Shown one piece after another: positions 10,236 through 19,047 of a DNA stretch of 64,000 nucleotides. Each line of letters begins with the position of its first letter. Within the stretch, counting starts at the first letter, position 1. The translations under genes and the position numbers were made by a program. This DNA comes from Candidatus Poribacteria bacterium (GTDB lineage Bacteria > Poribacteria > WGA-4E > WGA-3G), in assembly GCA_965242965.1 (NCBI GenBank), contig OZ251518.1:4544001-4608000 (forward strand), written 5' to 3'. The notes under the pieces were generated by a model that was not told the DNA's origin, made no database searches, and worked only from the letters and a program-made list of their open reading frames with translations.

Positions 10236-12244
10236 TTATCCATAAACTTTCCCTCAACAACTTCGGCTTGTTTCGCGGGCGGCAGACCCTTCCGTTGACA
10301 CCAAACGGCACCGGGCCTGTTATCCTCATCGGTGGCATGAATGGTGCTGGTAAAACGACGCTGTTAGAAGCAGTGCGCCTCTGTTTATATGGGCGGCGGG
10401 CCCTCGGGAACCGGGTAGGGCAAAGTGAATATCACGACTACCTCTTCAACATGATTCATCGGAACCCACATTCGGTGGTGCCGTTGAACCACGCCGCTGT
10501 GTCGCTTGAATTTGAGTATACCCGCGGTGGCGAGAAAAAACGATATCGGGTTGAACGCTCTTGGGAGCATCACGGTGGAAAACACCCTACGGTTCGGGAA
10601 GGCTTGACTTTCCATGAAAATGACTGGCCAAGTCCCGAAATTGACGAAGGACATTGGCAGGATTACATCAACGAACTCATCCCAATCGGCGTGTCTCAAT
10701 TCTTCTTTTTCGATGGAGAGGACATCCAGAAATTAGCGGATGATTCCACCCACAATGGCTCTCTCGCCGAGTCCATTAAAGCGTTGCTCGGGCTCAATCT
10801 CGTTGAGCGGCTGCAATCGGATCTGCGTATCTACTCAAATCGCCTCGTTAAACAAGCGAGTCCCGAACCGGTGCAGGAAGAAATCGATGCAGCGGAATCA
10901 GAGGTTGCTGTCCTTACCGCAGAGCTCGCGAAGGCAAACGCGAAAAAAGATTCTCTCCAGGTCCGCATTGGAAAGTTATCTGGGGAAATAGCGCAACAAG
11001 AAGCACGGATTGCCGCTGAAGGCGGCGGCTATGCCAAAAAACGCGACATACTGAAACTTCAGCAGCAGCAGTGCCAGACAGAGGTTGAGAAGGCAGAGGA
11101 CGATATTCGCGAGATGTGCAACGGTCTGTTTCCTTTCAGCCTCGCACCGAAACTTCTTAGGGACTTCAAGGAACAGCTCCTTAAAGAAATCGAATTAGAT
11201 GAGTGGGAAGCGAAAAATCGCGCGCTAACTGAACAGAACACCGCGGTGCTTGAAACCCTTGAATCTGGTGATTTTTGGGAGGATGTCTCTCTATCGGGGG
11301 AACAAATCACGGATATTCGCGCCAAACTTGCGCCGCTGCTCCAGACACAATTTGAGCGTCCTGAATCGTTGCGCGGTTTCACAAAACTCCGGGACCGGTC
11401 TCCATCGGAACGCCAGAAATTGTTAAAATGGATTGATGCTTGTCTCAATGAAATTCCTCAACAAGCGAGGAAATTGTTCAAAGCACTGAGAACGGCAAAA
11501 TCGGAACTAGAAAAAGTAGAACAGGCTCTTCAGAGAGTGCCATCCGACGAACTCCTGAAACCGCTGATTGAGAAACTCTCGGCGTTAAATCAGACACTCG
11601 GCCAGTTGCAAAAACAGGAACAAGATGCGGACAAATCCGTCCGGTCTTTAATGCATCGACTTGCAGAGGCAGAACGAAAATTGGAAAAGTTGTATCACGC
11701 TGAACAACGCGGGCGCGAACACCTCCAACGTCAACATCGCGTGAGCAACGTGCAATCGGTGCTTTCCACCTACACAACGCGACTCACCGAGACGAAGATT
11801 TTGGCATTAGGAAATGCGATAGTCAAGGGATTCAACCAGCTCTCTCACAAGCCGGATAGAATCAAACGGGTTGAGATACACCCGCGAACGTTTGCGGTAA
11901 CGCTCTACGATACCCGCAGTCAGCCCATCACCAAGGACGAATTATCGGCGGGTGAAAAGCAGATTTACACTACCGCGCTGTTATGGGGGTTGGCGAAAAC
12001 CTCCGGCAAGGCACTGCCGATGATTCTTGACACGCCTTTGGGCCGTTTGGATAGTGATCATCGCCACCTGCTAATTGAGCAGTATTTTCCTTATGTCAGT
12101 CACCAAGTGGTGTTGCTCTCAACTGATACGGAAGTTGATGAGCACTTCTGCACGCTGTTGAAACCGCACACCTCGCATACGTTTCATCTGGCGTATCAGC
12201 ATGCGGAAGCTTGCACCACAGTTGAAAACGGCTATTTTGGGTAA
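10232..12244 (+). CDS. dndD: DNA sulfur modification SMC-like ATPase DndD
   Basis: GGMNGAGKTT Walker A, FFFFDGE, coiled coil, LSAGEKQ signature, ILDTPLGRLD, VVLLSTDTE; ATGA overlap with dndC. Confidence 0.95.
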   Translation: MIIHKLSLNNFGLFRGRQTLPLTPNGTGPVILIGGMNGAGKTTLLEAVRLCLYGRRALGNRVGQSEYHDYLFNMIHRNPHSVVPLNHAAVSLEFEYTRGGEKKRYRVERSWEHHGGKHPTVREGLTFHENDWPSPEIDEGHWQDYINELIPIGVSQFFFFDGEDIQKLADDSTHNGSLAESIKALLGLNLVERLQSDLRIYSNRLVKQASPEPVQEEIDAAESEVAVLTAELAKANAKKDSLQVRIGKLSGEIAQQEARIAAEGGGYAKKRDILKLQQQQCQTEVEKAEDDIREMCNGLFPFSLAPKLLRDFKEQLLKEIELDEWEAKNRALTEQNTAVLETLESGDFWEDVSLSGEQITDIRAKLAPLLQTQFERPESLRGFTKLRDRSPSERQKLLKWIDACLNEIPQQARKLFKALRTAKSELEKVEQALQRVPSDELLKPLIEKLSALNQTLGQLQKQEQDADKSVRSLMHRLAEAERKLEKLYHAEQRGREHLQRQHRVSNVQSVLSTYTTRLTETKILALGNAIVKGFNQLSHKPDRIKRVEIHPRTFAVTLYDTRSQPITKDELSAGEKQIYTTALLWGLAKTSGKALPMILDTPLGRLDSDHRHLLIEQYFPYVSHQVVLLSTDTEVDEHFCTLLKPHTSHTFHLAYQHAEACTTVENGYFG

Positions 12245-12250
12245 GGCACA

Positions 12251-12616
12251 ATGCAATTAAACCGAATTCACATTTCCGAAGATTCACGTCATAAGTTGAG
12301 CGTTTTGAAGGCGCGCACTGGGTTGTTACCCAACGTCCTCTGCCGGCTTGGGTTAACGCTTTCCCTTGAGGAATCCAACGAGCCAACCCTTGATGCTGAT
12401 GCGACGGATGGCTCAGAGTTTAACCGCTTTACCTTGATGGGGGAGTGGGATCCGTTGATTGTGGGACTCGTGGAGAGACGCTGTGCTTCCAACGGAAACG
12501 GCACAGACAACGGCGCGCTTGTTAAATACTTCCGCGCGCATCTGAACCGGGGGGTAGTTTTGCTTTACGGCCGCGTGAGAGGATTAGAAGACTTGACGAA
12601 CCTTCTTCCAGAATAG
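12251..12616 (+). CDS. dndE: DNA sulfur modification protein DndE
   Basis: LKARTGLLPNVLCR, EFNRFTL.GE, FRAHLNRG; directly follows dndD. Confidence 0.9.
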   Translation: MQLNRIHISEDSRHKLSVLKARTGLLPNVLCRLGLTLSLEESNEPTLDADATDGSEFNRFTLMGEWDPLIVGLVERRCASNGNGTDNGALVKYFRAHLNRGVVLLYGRVRGLEDLTNLLPE

Positions 12617-12696
12617 TATTACTTTTTGCGAATTTCCATAACTACTCAGAAAAAGAATCAGATGTACGATAAATTCACTTGCCACACAGGGCATTG

Positions 12697-13179
12697 TTAC
12701 CAAACATCCGAGATTAAACTTTTGTATGGATCCCAATTCAAAAGTAAATCCACCAAGTTTGTGATTCTGTCGCCAGGCATATCTTCAACCTGATTCTGAA
12801 CCTCTATAATTCCACCGTTGGCGTATTCTTCCGCGATAGTTAGGATCTCCTCTTGATCTGTCAATATGTCAATGTCGCCAGTCACAGTGAGTGCTAATGC
12901 CCGAAGTAGTGGAACATCCGTATCGTGTGAAAATTGAGCCCAAGCGAAAATCATTTCTTTATCTTTTCCGAGCGGTACCCGCTTTTTCTCGTGGTAACCT
13001 ATGAAGGCAGCGAGCATGAAAATATTTTTCATGGACTCAAACGGGGGTAAATCTTCCTGACCTGCGTTTTCTCTCGATTTCGTCAGGGCGACGTAGATTG
13101 AATGATGGGACTTGTCAATCCGGATGCGATCTCGAGCTCTGGATTGTGGATTTCTACGTTCCTCAGTGTTATCTAGCAT
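12697..13179 (-). CDS. pbeD: Dnd-associated protein 4 / PbeD-like protein
   Basis: RIRIDK...PF....IFMLAAFIG...R.PL and EEYANGG pattern; last gene of the helicase/small protein/ATPase operon. Confidence 0.65.
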   Translation of the reverse strand: MLDNTEERRNPQSRARDRIRIDKSHHSIYVALTKSRENAGQEDLPPFESMKNIFMLAAFIGYHEKKRVPLGKDKEMIFAWAQFSHDTDVPLLRALALTVTGDIDILTDQEEILTIAEEYANGGIIEVQNQVEDMPGDRITNLVDLLLNWDPYKSLISDVW

Positions 13180-13196
13180 CGTATTATCCTCTCCTC

Positions 13197-15161
13197 CTAA
13201 ATTTCTTCAATGGTGGTTGTCTTCGTCTGCGGATTGAATTTCAATTCATATTCTGCACCGATTCGAGGCTTAAGGTTTGCCTTTGCTTCTGGACGCAATT
13301 CCTCATCAGTCACGAATAGGACTAGCTGCTTGGCAATATCAGGAAGGATTACCGTTATGTTTTTCCTATGTTCGCTGGAAAGCCTGCCGAAAGGCGTATC
13401 CATTACAATCGGAAATGGTTCCTCCTTCAGTTGAGGGATCGTTTTCTGAACAGCTACCTTTGCCATTGCGGCGATGAAAGCGAGGCTGAGGACCTGACGT
13501 TGCCCCGCAGAAAGTTCAGGCAGTACGTCCGCGCCATTTTCGTCGATCACCTGAAGTTGGTAATTTTCGCTCAGACGAACATGGGCAAAATGATCGCCGT
13601 TCCACACCAAACGTTTGAAAATTTGCCCAACTTCCACTTGGACTTGCTCACGTATCTCTTTTGAGAATATAGCGTAAATCGTCTTCATCGCGGTCGACGC
13701 ATCGCTGGCAAGTTTCCAAAATCTTTTTAGTTCTTCGGCTTTGGCGTTTGAATCCGTTTCAGTGCTGATTTGCTGCTCTTGCTTAGCTATGCCTTGGTTG
13801 ATTTCCAGGATTCTCCCCTTAGTTTCGTTTATCACTTCTTCTAATTTGGGGATTTTCGCTTCATATTCCTTGCGCCGTTCTTCTAAGGCACGGGCTTCAT
13901 CATGATCTAGATTTTCCAATTCGCGTCTAATGTTTTTTAAACGCGTTTCCTTCGCCTTTATATCTCGATCTAATTGTTCCGCCTTCCCCAAAACCAATTT
14001 TAAATTAGTTGGAAGGTTCCCTACTCGATCTTGCACTAAAAGGTTCAGATCATAAGTTTCCCGCGCGACATGTCCCAAGTCTGATGAAACAGATTGATTA
14101 AGAAGGTTACGGATAGTTTGAAACTCTGGGCTTCGATTGTCGATAGGTCTGCCACAGAGGCAACGCATCTCATTAAGAAGATCGCTAAGAAGTCCTGCAG
14201 GAATTCCTCTCTGGACTTCCGCCAAAATTTCCAATGCCTCATCAATAGCAGGTTTTGCTAACGCGATAAAGCCTTGATTAGCCAAACTCCGAATTTTTTC
14301 TTGGATTTCCGCTTTTTGGTGCTGAAACTGCTCTAGTTCTGCCTCAATTGCTTTACGTTTGTTGACAAGCATGCGTAATCCCTTGATGTCTTCCAGACGT
14401 TCGTCAATCTCCCGCTTTTGCTGCTTGGCAAGTGTCAATTCTTCCTGAGAACTCGCTATAACATCTGACAATTTGTCACGGGATGCTTCTTTCGCTGCTT
14501 TTTCATTGAGCAAAGCCTTTAGTTTGCCTGAGGCATGCTTCCTCGCTTCCCGCTGGTACTCACCGGTAATGTCTTCTAAATGTTTCATGCCGCGGGCAAC
14601 CTCTTCAATTTTTAAGACATTGCGCACAGCACTCTCAACTTCCTTTTTGCGTTCTGGCCTCGTGAAGTTGTTAATCTTCTCGCCATCAAAAAAGAAGTGA
14701 ACACTCACATCCTCAGGCATTATTGAACTAATCCAGGCTGATGCTTCGTCATCACTGAATTCGCGAAACTTGATTATTTCTAAGGAAAAGGGTGTTTCAA
14801 TCCGCGGATACAGTGTTTCTCCTACCGATAAATGCCTATGAATTTTCCGTTTGGCACAGAATTCGACTTCCTGGTCAGGAAACATTCCTTGATAAGTAAA
14901 ACGAAGTTCTACCGAGGTTACCACGTTTTCTCCCTCTGCAAGAGCACGCCTATTCACCAATTCGCCAATCTGTCCGATGTTTTTCTCAACAAATTTGTCG
15001 CCGTATAAACACCAGTTGATAGCAGTAAAGAGGGAGGTTTTCCCCGCGCCATTAACACCGTGAATAACCGTAACATGACGGTCGTCACTGGTAGCGAAAT
15101 TAATGGTGTGTTCCCCATAGTACTGCCGAAAATTTTTCAATGTTATGCTGCTAAGCTTCAT
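13197..15161 (-). CDS. pbeC: Rad50/SMC-like ATPase with CxC hook, PbeC-like
   Basis: GVNGAGKTS Walker A, FFFDGE, central CLCG, LSAGQRQ signature, VMDTPFGRL; start at MKLSS (15161). Confidence 0.75.
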   Translation of the reverse strand: MKLSSITLKNFRQYYGEHTINFATSDDRHVTVIHGVNGAGKTSLFTAINWCLYGDKFVEKNIGQIGELVNRRALAEGENVVTSVELRFTYQGMFPDQEVEFCAKRKIHRHLSVGETLYPRIETPFSLEIIKFREFSDDEASAWISSIMPEDVSVHFFFDGEKINNFTRPERKKEVESAVRNVLKIEEVARGMKHLEDITGEYQREARKHASGKLKALLNEKAAKEASRDKLSDVIASSQEELTLAKQQKREIDERLEDIKGLRMLVNKRKAIEAELEQFQHQKAEIQEKIRSLANQGFIALAKPAIDEALEILAEVQRGIPAGLLSDLLNEMRCLCGRPIDNRSPEFQTIRNLLNQSVSSDLGHVARETYDLNLLVQDRVGNLPTNLKLVLGKAEQLDRDIKAKETRLKNIRRELENLDHDEARALEERRKEYEAKIPKLEEVINETKGRILEINQGIAKQEQQISTETDSNAKAEELKRFWKLASDASTAMKTIYAIFSKEIREQVQVEVGQIFKRLVWNGDHFAHVRLSENYQLQVIDENGADVLPELSAGQRQVLSLAFIAAMAKVAVQKTIPQLKEEPFPIVMDTPFGRLSSEHRKNITVILPDIAKQLVLFVTDEELRPEAKANLKPRIGAEYELKFNPQTKTTTIEEI

Positions 15162-15321
15162 GTGCTTTGACCTCTTCTTGAATAATTCGGCGGATTTCAA
15201 GTTTGATTCCTTGAGGCTTCCTCATGTCCAATTTTTGGAGCTCTGCCTCAAGAACCTTCTCAATTACATTCCTTACTTGGGGTGGTAGAGTCTGTTTGAA
15301 CTCTTCTATTCCGTTTTTCAT
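15151..15321 (-). CDS. pbeB: 56-aa small protein, PbeB-like (missing from the ORF track)
   Basis: Hand translation gives MKNGIEEFKQTLPPQVRNVIEKVLEAELQKLDMRKPQGIKLEIRRIIQEEVKAHEA*. Its ATG overlaps the helicase TGA (ATGA) and its end overlaps the ATPase start. The name rests on gene position. Confidence 0.65.
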   Translation of the reverse strand: MKNGIEEFKQTLPPQVRNVIEKVLEAELQKLDMRKPQGIKLEIRRIIQEEVKAHEA

Positions 15322-17384
15322 TCAGAGCCTCCCAGTACACCCAACAGATTGTACCCTTTAGCGACTTCCCAAATCCTACTACGGGCATGAAACGGATTCA
15401 GGGCCATTCCGGCGAATTCGTTAAACCTCTTCAGTTCCCGTGCAACAATTTTACGCTCAGCGGCAAACGTTGCACTGGGATACTGCCGGTACGCCTGAGG
15501 CGGAACCGCGACGAGGTCATGTATCTCAGCGTGTTCTTTACCGGGGGCTTTCCGGAGAATTCGCCCGCGTCGTTGGATAAACTCCCTCGGATTGCTGCTG
15601 CTCGCGAGGATATAGGCGGTTTGCGTGCTCGGCACGTCAACCCCTTCATCTAGACACTTCATCGCTACTAGTGCCTGGAGGTGTCCCGATGCGAACATCT
15701 CCAACAATTCTCGCCGTTCAGTTGTGGATTCCTCTGCGGTAAATTTGGCAATGCGCAAGCCCAAATCGGTGAGCATCGGAAGTACTGAGTCAATTTGCCC
15801 AGGGGCACAGTAAAATAGCGCGTGATGAAGAGGCTCGTTTCTGTCCTCTAGCAGCTGCTCTAACACCTGCAACTTGTTTTCTGCTTTATTCAGCAGTGTT
15901 GCCCGTTTTATCAGTAACCTTTCAAGAGCCTCATTAGGCTCGTCGGTATTTGCGTGACGATACAGTCGCGCGATTCTATCGGTGAGGTTTTTGTACTCGT
16001 CAAGTTCCTCATCTGTCAATTCGACGAGATGGGGATAATAACAGTAGGGACAAAGACAACCTTCTTCGATCGCTTTGCGAAGAGAAAATTCGTAAACGGT
16101 TTCCCTAAAATATCTCTTGAGAGCAGCAGTCCCTTCATTGTCAAACCACCGGTTGGGCGTTGCCGACAAACCGAGCCGGTAATCGAAAACTTCCGGAAGT
16201 TTCTGTCGACTCTGAGTTGCTCCAAGATGATGAACTTCGTCGGCGACGAAAACGGCGGCACGTTTCAACTTGGAAAGCAGTTTCTGCATAGTGTCAGCGA
16301 TGAAGGTGCTATGCGTCGTAATGGTACACACAACGTCGCAAACCTGCCAATTGTATCGCATCAAGGCAGTATTGAATTGAGGCACCCACCGCACAGAACT
16401 TTCATAAGCCACTATCGGTTCAAATCCGAATTGTTCGGCTTCCTTGCGCCACTGGTTAACAAGATGCTTGTACGGACAAGCGATGAGAACAAACAGCGTA
16501 GCCTTTTCCTCCTTGAGTTTGGCAAGGGCAGCCAAAGCTGTGATTGTCTTTCCTGTCCCTGTCGCCATTTCCCACAAGCCACGGCAACCGTTTGCAAACC
16601 ATGCATCAATTGCTTCCTGTTGGTATGCTCTCAGGACCAGACCTCTCGGCAAATAAGCCTCTTCGGGCTCAACTACTACCGGTGAATCTGGGGATGGCAT
16701 TGTGTCGTAAACTAGTTGAGGACTTAAAAGCTCCTCTGCCAACGCTGTTGGAAAATCTACAACAGCCAACGTATCCGTTGCATTATTCCATAAACGCCTA
16801 AAATTGTCAACCTTTTGTTGAACGCGTTGCTGCGTATCCTCCGACGAGAGATAAACATCAATGGATTCAAAATTGCTCAGCAACCCACCGACAGTTTCAT
16901 TTAGCGACCCGGCGAATGCCACAGCGTTGTCGGTATCGTCTAAAAATATACCGAGCTTTTCGTGGTAAATCGCCCGTGGGTTTATTTCGCTTGCATCCGC
17001 TGTGCAAGCAATTTTGATATCCAAATGCCTATGCGCGATGAGCCACGTTAGCAATGCCAACCGATCTCGCGCAATTGTCTGAAACTCGCTTTCAGAGAAC
17101 CCTGCCAAAAATTGTGCATTTCTGGCCTCATAGCCGCGTTGGATTGCCTCAATATCATCCCTCGCTAAGCAGGGACCGGTTACCAGCCGCATTTTTCCGC
17201 TGCGCCGAATGAAGGTTGCTAGTCCTTTGGCATAGAGTGCGAGCCCACCACTGGTGAAATACCCAACAGCGCGCCAGTACCGCGTGGCATGACGCAGGCA
17301 CGGCGTGTAAAAATCCGCGACGAGGTCTGCACCATCCGAACGATATTCAGACCTGAGTGTAAGTTCTCTGAGTGACATAGACAT
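15318..17384 (-). CDS. pbeA: PLD-nuclease domain plus SF2 helicase (DNA phosphorothioation restriction enzyme, PbeA-like)
   Basis: VGYFTS, HEKLGIF...GSLN (PLD HxK), MATGTGKT, DEVHH, GLSATP, DEGVDVP, QRRGRILR. Confidence 0.8.
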   Translation of the reverse strand: MSMSLRELTLRSEYRSDGADLVADFYTPCLRHATRYWRAVGYFTSGGLALYAKGLATFIRRSGKMRLVTGPCLARDDIEAIQRGYEARNAQFLAGFSESEFQTIARDRLALLTWLIAHRHLDIKIACTADASEINPRAIYHEKLGIFLDDTDNAVAFAGSLNETVGGLLSNFESIDVYLSSEDTQQRVQQKVDNFRRLWNNATDTLAVVDFPTALAEELLSPQLVYDTMPSPDSPVVVEPEEAYLPRGLVLRAYQQEAIDAWFANGCRGLWEMATGTGKTITALAALAKLKEEKATLFVLIACPYKHLVNQWRKEAEQFGFEPIVAYESSVRWVPQFNTALMRYNWQVCDVVCTITTHSTFIADTMQKLLSKLKRAAVFVADEVHHLGATQSRQKLPEVFDYRLGLSATPNRWFDNEGTAALKRYFRETVYEFSLRKAIEEGCLCPYCYYPHLVELTDEELDEYKNLTDRIARLYRHANTDEPNEALERLLIKRATLLNKAENKLQVLEQLLEDRNEPLHHALFYCAPGQIDSVLPMLTDLGLRIAKFTAEESTTERRELLEMFASGHLQALVAMKCLDEGVDVPSTQTAYILASSSNPREFIQRRGRILRKAPGKEHAEIHDLVAVPPQAYRQYPSATFAAERKIVARELKRFNEFAGMALNPFHARSRIWEVAKGYNLLGVLGGSE

Positions 17385-17434
17385 TTTCCAAGCCGAAATT
17401 CTACCTCTGTTTTACCAAGTGCTTGAAAAGACTT

Positions 17435-17642
17435 CACCGAATAAATAAACCCTTATCGGAGTTGCAGTGCGGATTCGCGAGTCTCCAGCCCCACAAGTTG
17501 ACTGCCTCCGCCTTTGAGTTTTCGGTATGGACGCGATAGGAAACGCCGCGTCCTTGAAAAACCGAGCACGACACGCACCCGGTTCTGCGCAGTCCGAGAG
17601 CCGCCTTTTCCGTGCGACCGGCACGAACCCGCGCAATTCGTT
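17435..17642 (-). ncRNA. Putative structured RNA or leader of about 210 nt (copy 1)
   Basis: Begins just after a TTGCAA-17-TATCCT promoter; four hand-folded stem domains; differences between copies mostly avoid stems. Confidence 0.55.
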
Positions 17643-17648
17643 TTAAAT

Positions 17649-17869
17649 AGGATACCACAAAACGCGAAAATTTGCAAACAAAAAATGTGCGCGAATTTTC
17701 TGTGGATACGGTATCAACGTTCGCATTCTACAAAAAACGCCGATTTATGTCAACCACTTTTTTGTGCAAGCGATGCCTCAAAATCGGTTTTCCCATCAGT
17801 TTTTGAGGGTTTCAGCACAAATTAGCCAGACGTTCCTTTAATTTTACCACATTTTCACAAAAAAGTCAA
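17649..17869 (-). promoter_or_regulatory. Three tandem sigma70-like promoters
   Basis: TTGACT-17-TAAAAT (17869-17841), TTGACA-17-TAGAAT (17753-17725), TTGCAA-17-TATCCT (17677-17649). Confidence 0.7.
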
Positions 17870-17912
17870 ATTTTTCTTCATACGTTTTTGAACGCTTAGG
17901 CGAAATCACCGG

Positions 17913-19025
17913 TTATGATTTCCTCTGTCGATCTCGCCATTCAACAATCTGCCTCAAATCTTCGGCTAATTCCTGCTGAATATCAGGCTTGTCTATCGCT
18001 TCCTCAACCCATTTCACCCCATTCTTGACCAGTTGGGTGACCGTCCGAATATATTGAGCCGAGCTCGGCGCGTCCAAGCGTTGCCCAAAGTTGGTGATTC
18101 GTTCGTAAACCGCAACCGTGTGCATGATTTGATACCGCTTGTCTTCCTCCCACTTGTCGTCCCGATTATACAGATACGTTGGACCGCAGGTGACGTGCCA
18201 TCCCAGATCGAAGAGAGCCTGGTGAATGACGAATTTGGGAAGCGCGACGCAGAAAAATTCCGCGAAATTCTCACGGACGAGTTTCTTGACGTTATCGTGG
18301 CAATACCGGTTGACGAAAGCATCCCGAAAATCCTGACTTGCGCTGATATTCTCATTGACCCGATTCTCAAGTTGCTCAATCGCGGCTTGATTTATATGAT
18401 CTGAATCAATGTGAGAGGTGAGAAACAGCGTGAATTGGTTGCAAGGCCTCTGGTTAATCGGAAATGTTGCCTCCGTTTGCCACGCTAAAATTTGAAGTAT
18501 TGATTCCAGCAGTGGTGCTATTATCCCTTTTTTGGCGGGAAACATGACACCGAACACGTCAAGATTGACAATGTCAAACGGAAACGCTTCCTTCAAGCGA
18601 AGGTGGGTATCCTTGACTTGCAATTTTTCGCGAATTTCTGGTGAGTGGGGATTTTCACCTTCTTCCAGCCATGTCTTGCCAGATGTCTCTGCATCCTCCT
18701 TAAACAAGACAATTTCTTCAAATTCGCCCCGAAACCCCTGTTCAGGAGAACCGATGAAATCAGCGATTTTTCCGAAGTGCTCGCTGTTTTTCTCGCAGAA
18801 GTAAACACCTTCAAGGTATCCCGTGCCCGCGGCTCTCTCAAGAATTCCTGCGCGTTCTAACATAAAAACGTCAATTGCTTCGGCCGCACAGAAAGTAAAA
18901 TAGCGCAACGGAATCCTTTTTGAGCGCCTTCTGATTGCACGTTTTTGCTGCTGTGCTGCTGCCAGCCATCCGTCTGTTCTGACGTAATGTTTGAGAAGAT
19001 CGTCTTCATAATTGATGTGACTCAT
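17913..19025 (-). CDS. Hypothetical protein with a possible divergent SAM-methyltransferase (Rossmann) fold
   Basis: LRYFTFCAAEAIDV, VYFCE and FDIVNLD fall in the order of MTase motifs I, II and IV; co-oriented 22 bp behind the GHKL gene. Confidence 0.45.
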   Translation of the reverse strand: MSHINYEDDLLKHYVRTDGWLAAAQQQKRAIRRRSKRIPLRYFTFCAAEAIDVFMLERAGILERAAGTGYLEGVYFCEKNSEHFGKIADFIGSPEQGFRGEFEEIVLFKEDAETSGKTWLEEGENPHSPEIREKLQVKDTHLRLKEAFPFDIVNLDVFGVMFPAKKGIIAPLLESILQILAWQTEATFPINQRPCNQFTLFLTSHIDSDHINQAAIEQLENRVNENISASQDFRDAFVNRYCHDNVKKLVRENFAEFFCVALPKFVIHQALFDLGWHVTCGPTYLYNRDDKWEEDKRYQIMHTVAVYERITNFGQRLDAPSSAQYIRTVTQLVKNGVKWVEEAIDKPDIQQELAEDLRQIVEWRDRQRKS

Positions 19026-19047
19026 CTGAATAGAATCCTCTGGCGGT

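Larger units (their letters stand above)
17435..17892 (-). repeat. Copy 1 of the promoter/structured-RNA element (upstream of pbeA)
   Basis: Near-identical to 20704-21161 and, in part, to 21223-21489. Confidence 0.95.

Noticed and set aside
13197-15161. Second dndD copy or sbcC/rad50 repair gene
   Set aside because: It is divergent from DndD, has no adjacent sbcD/mre11, and its operon context fits the Pbe-type module.
12697-17384. DndFGH or Ssp restriction module
   Set aside because: Gene sizes and motifs do not fit the DndFGH or Ssp proteins as I know them.
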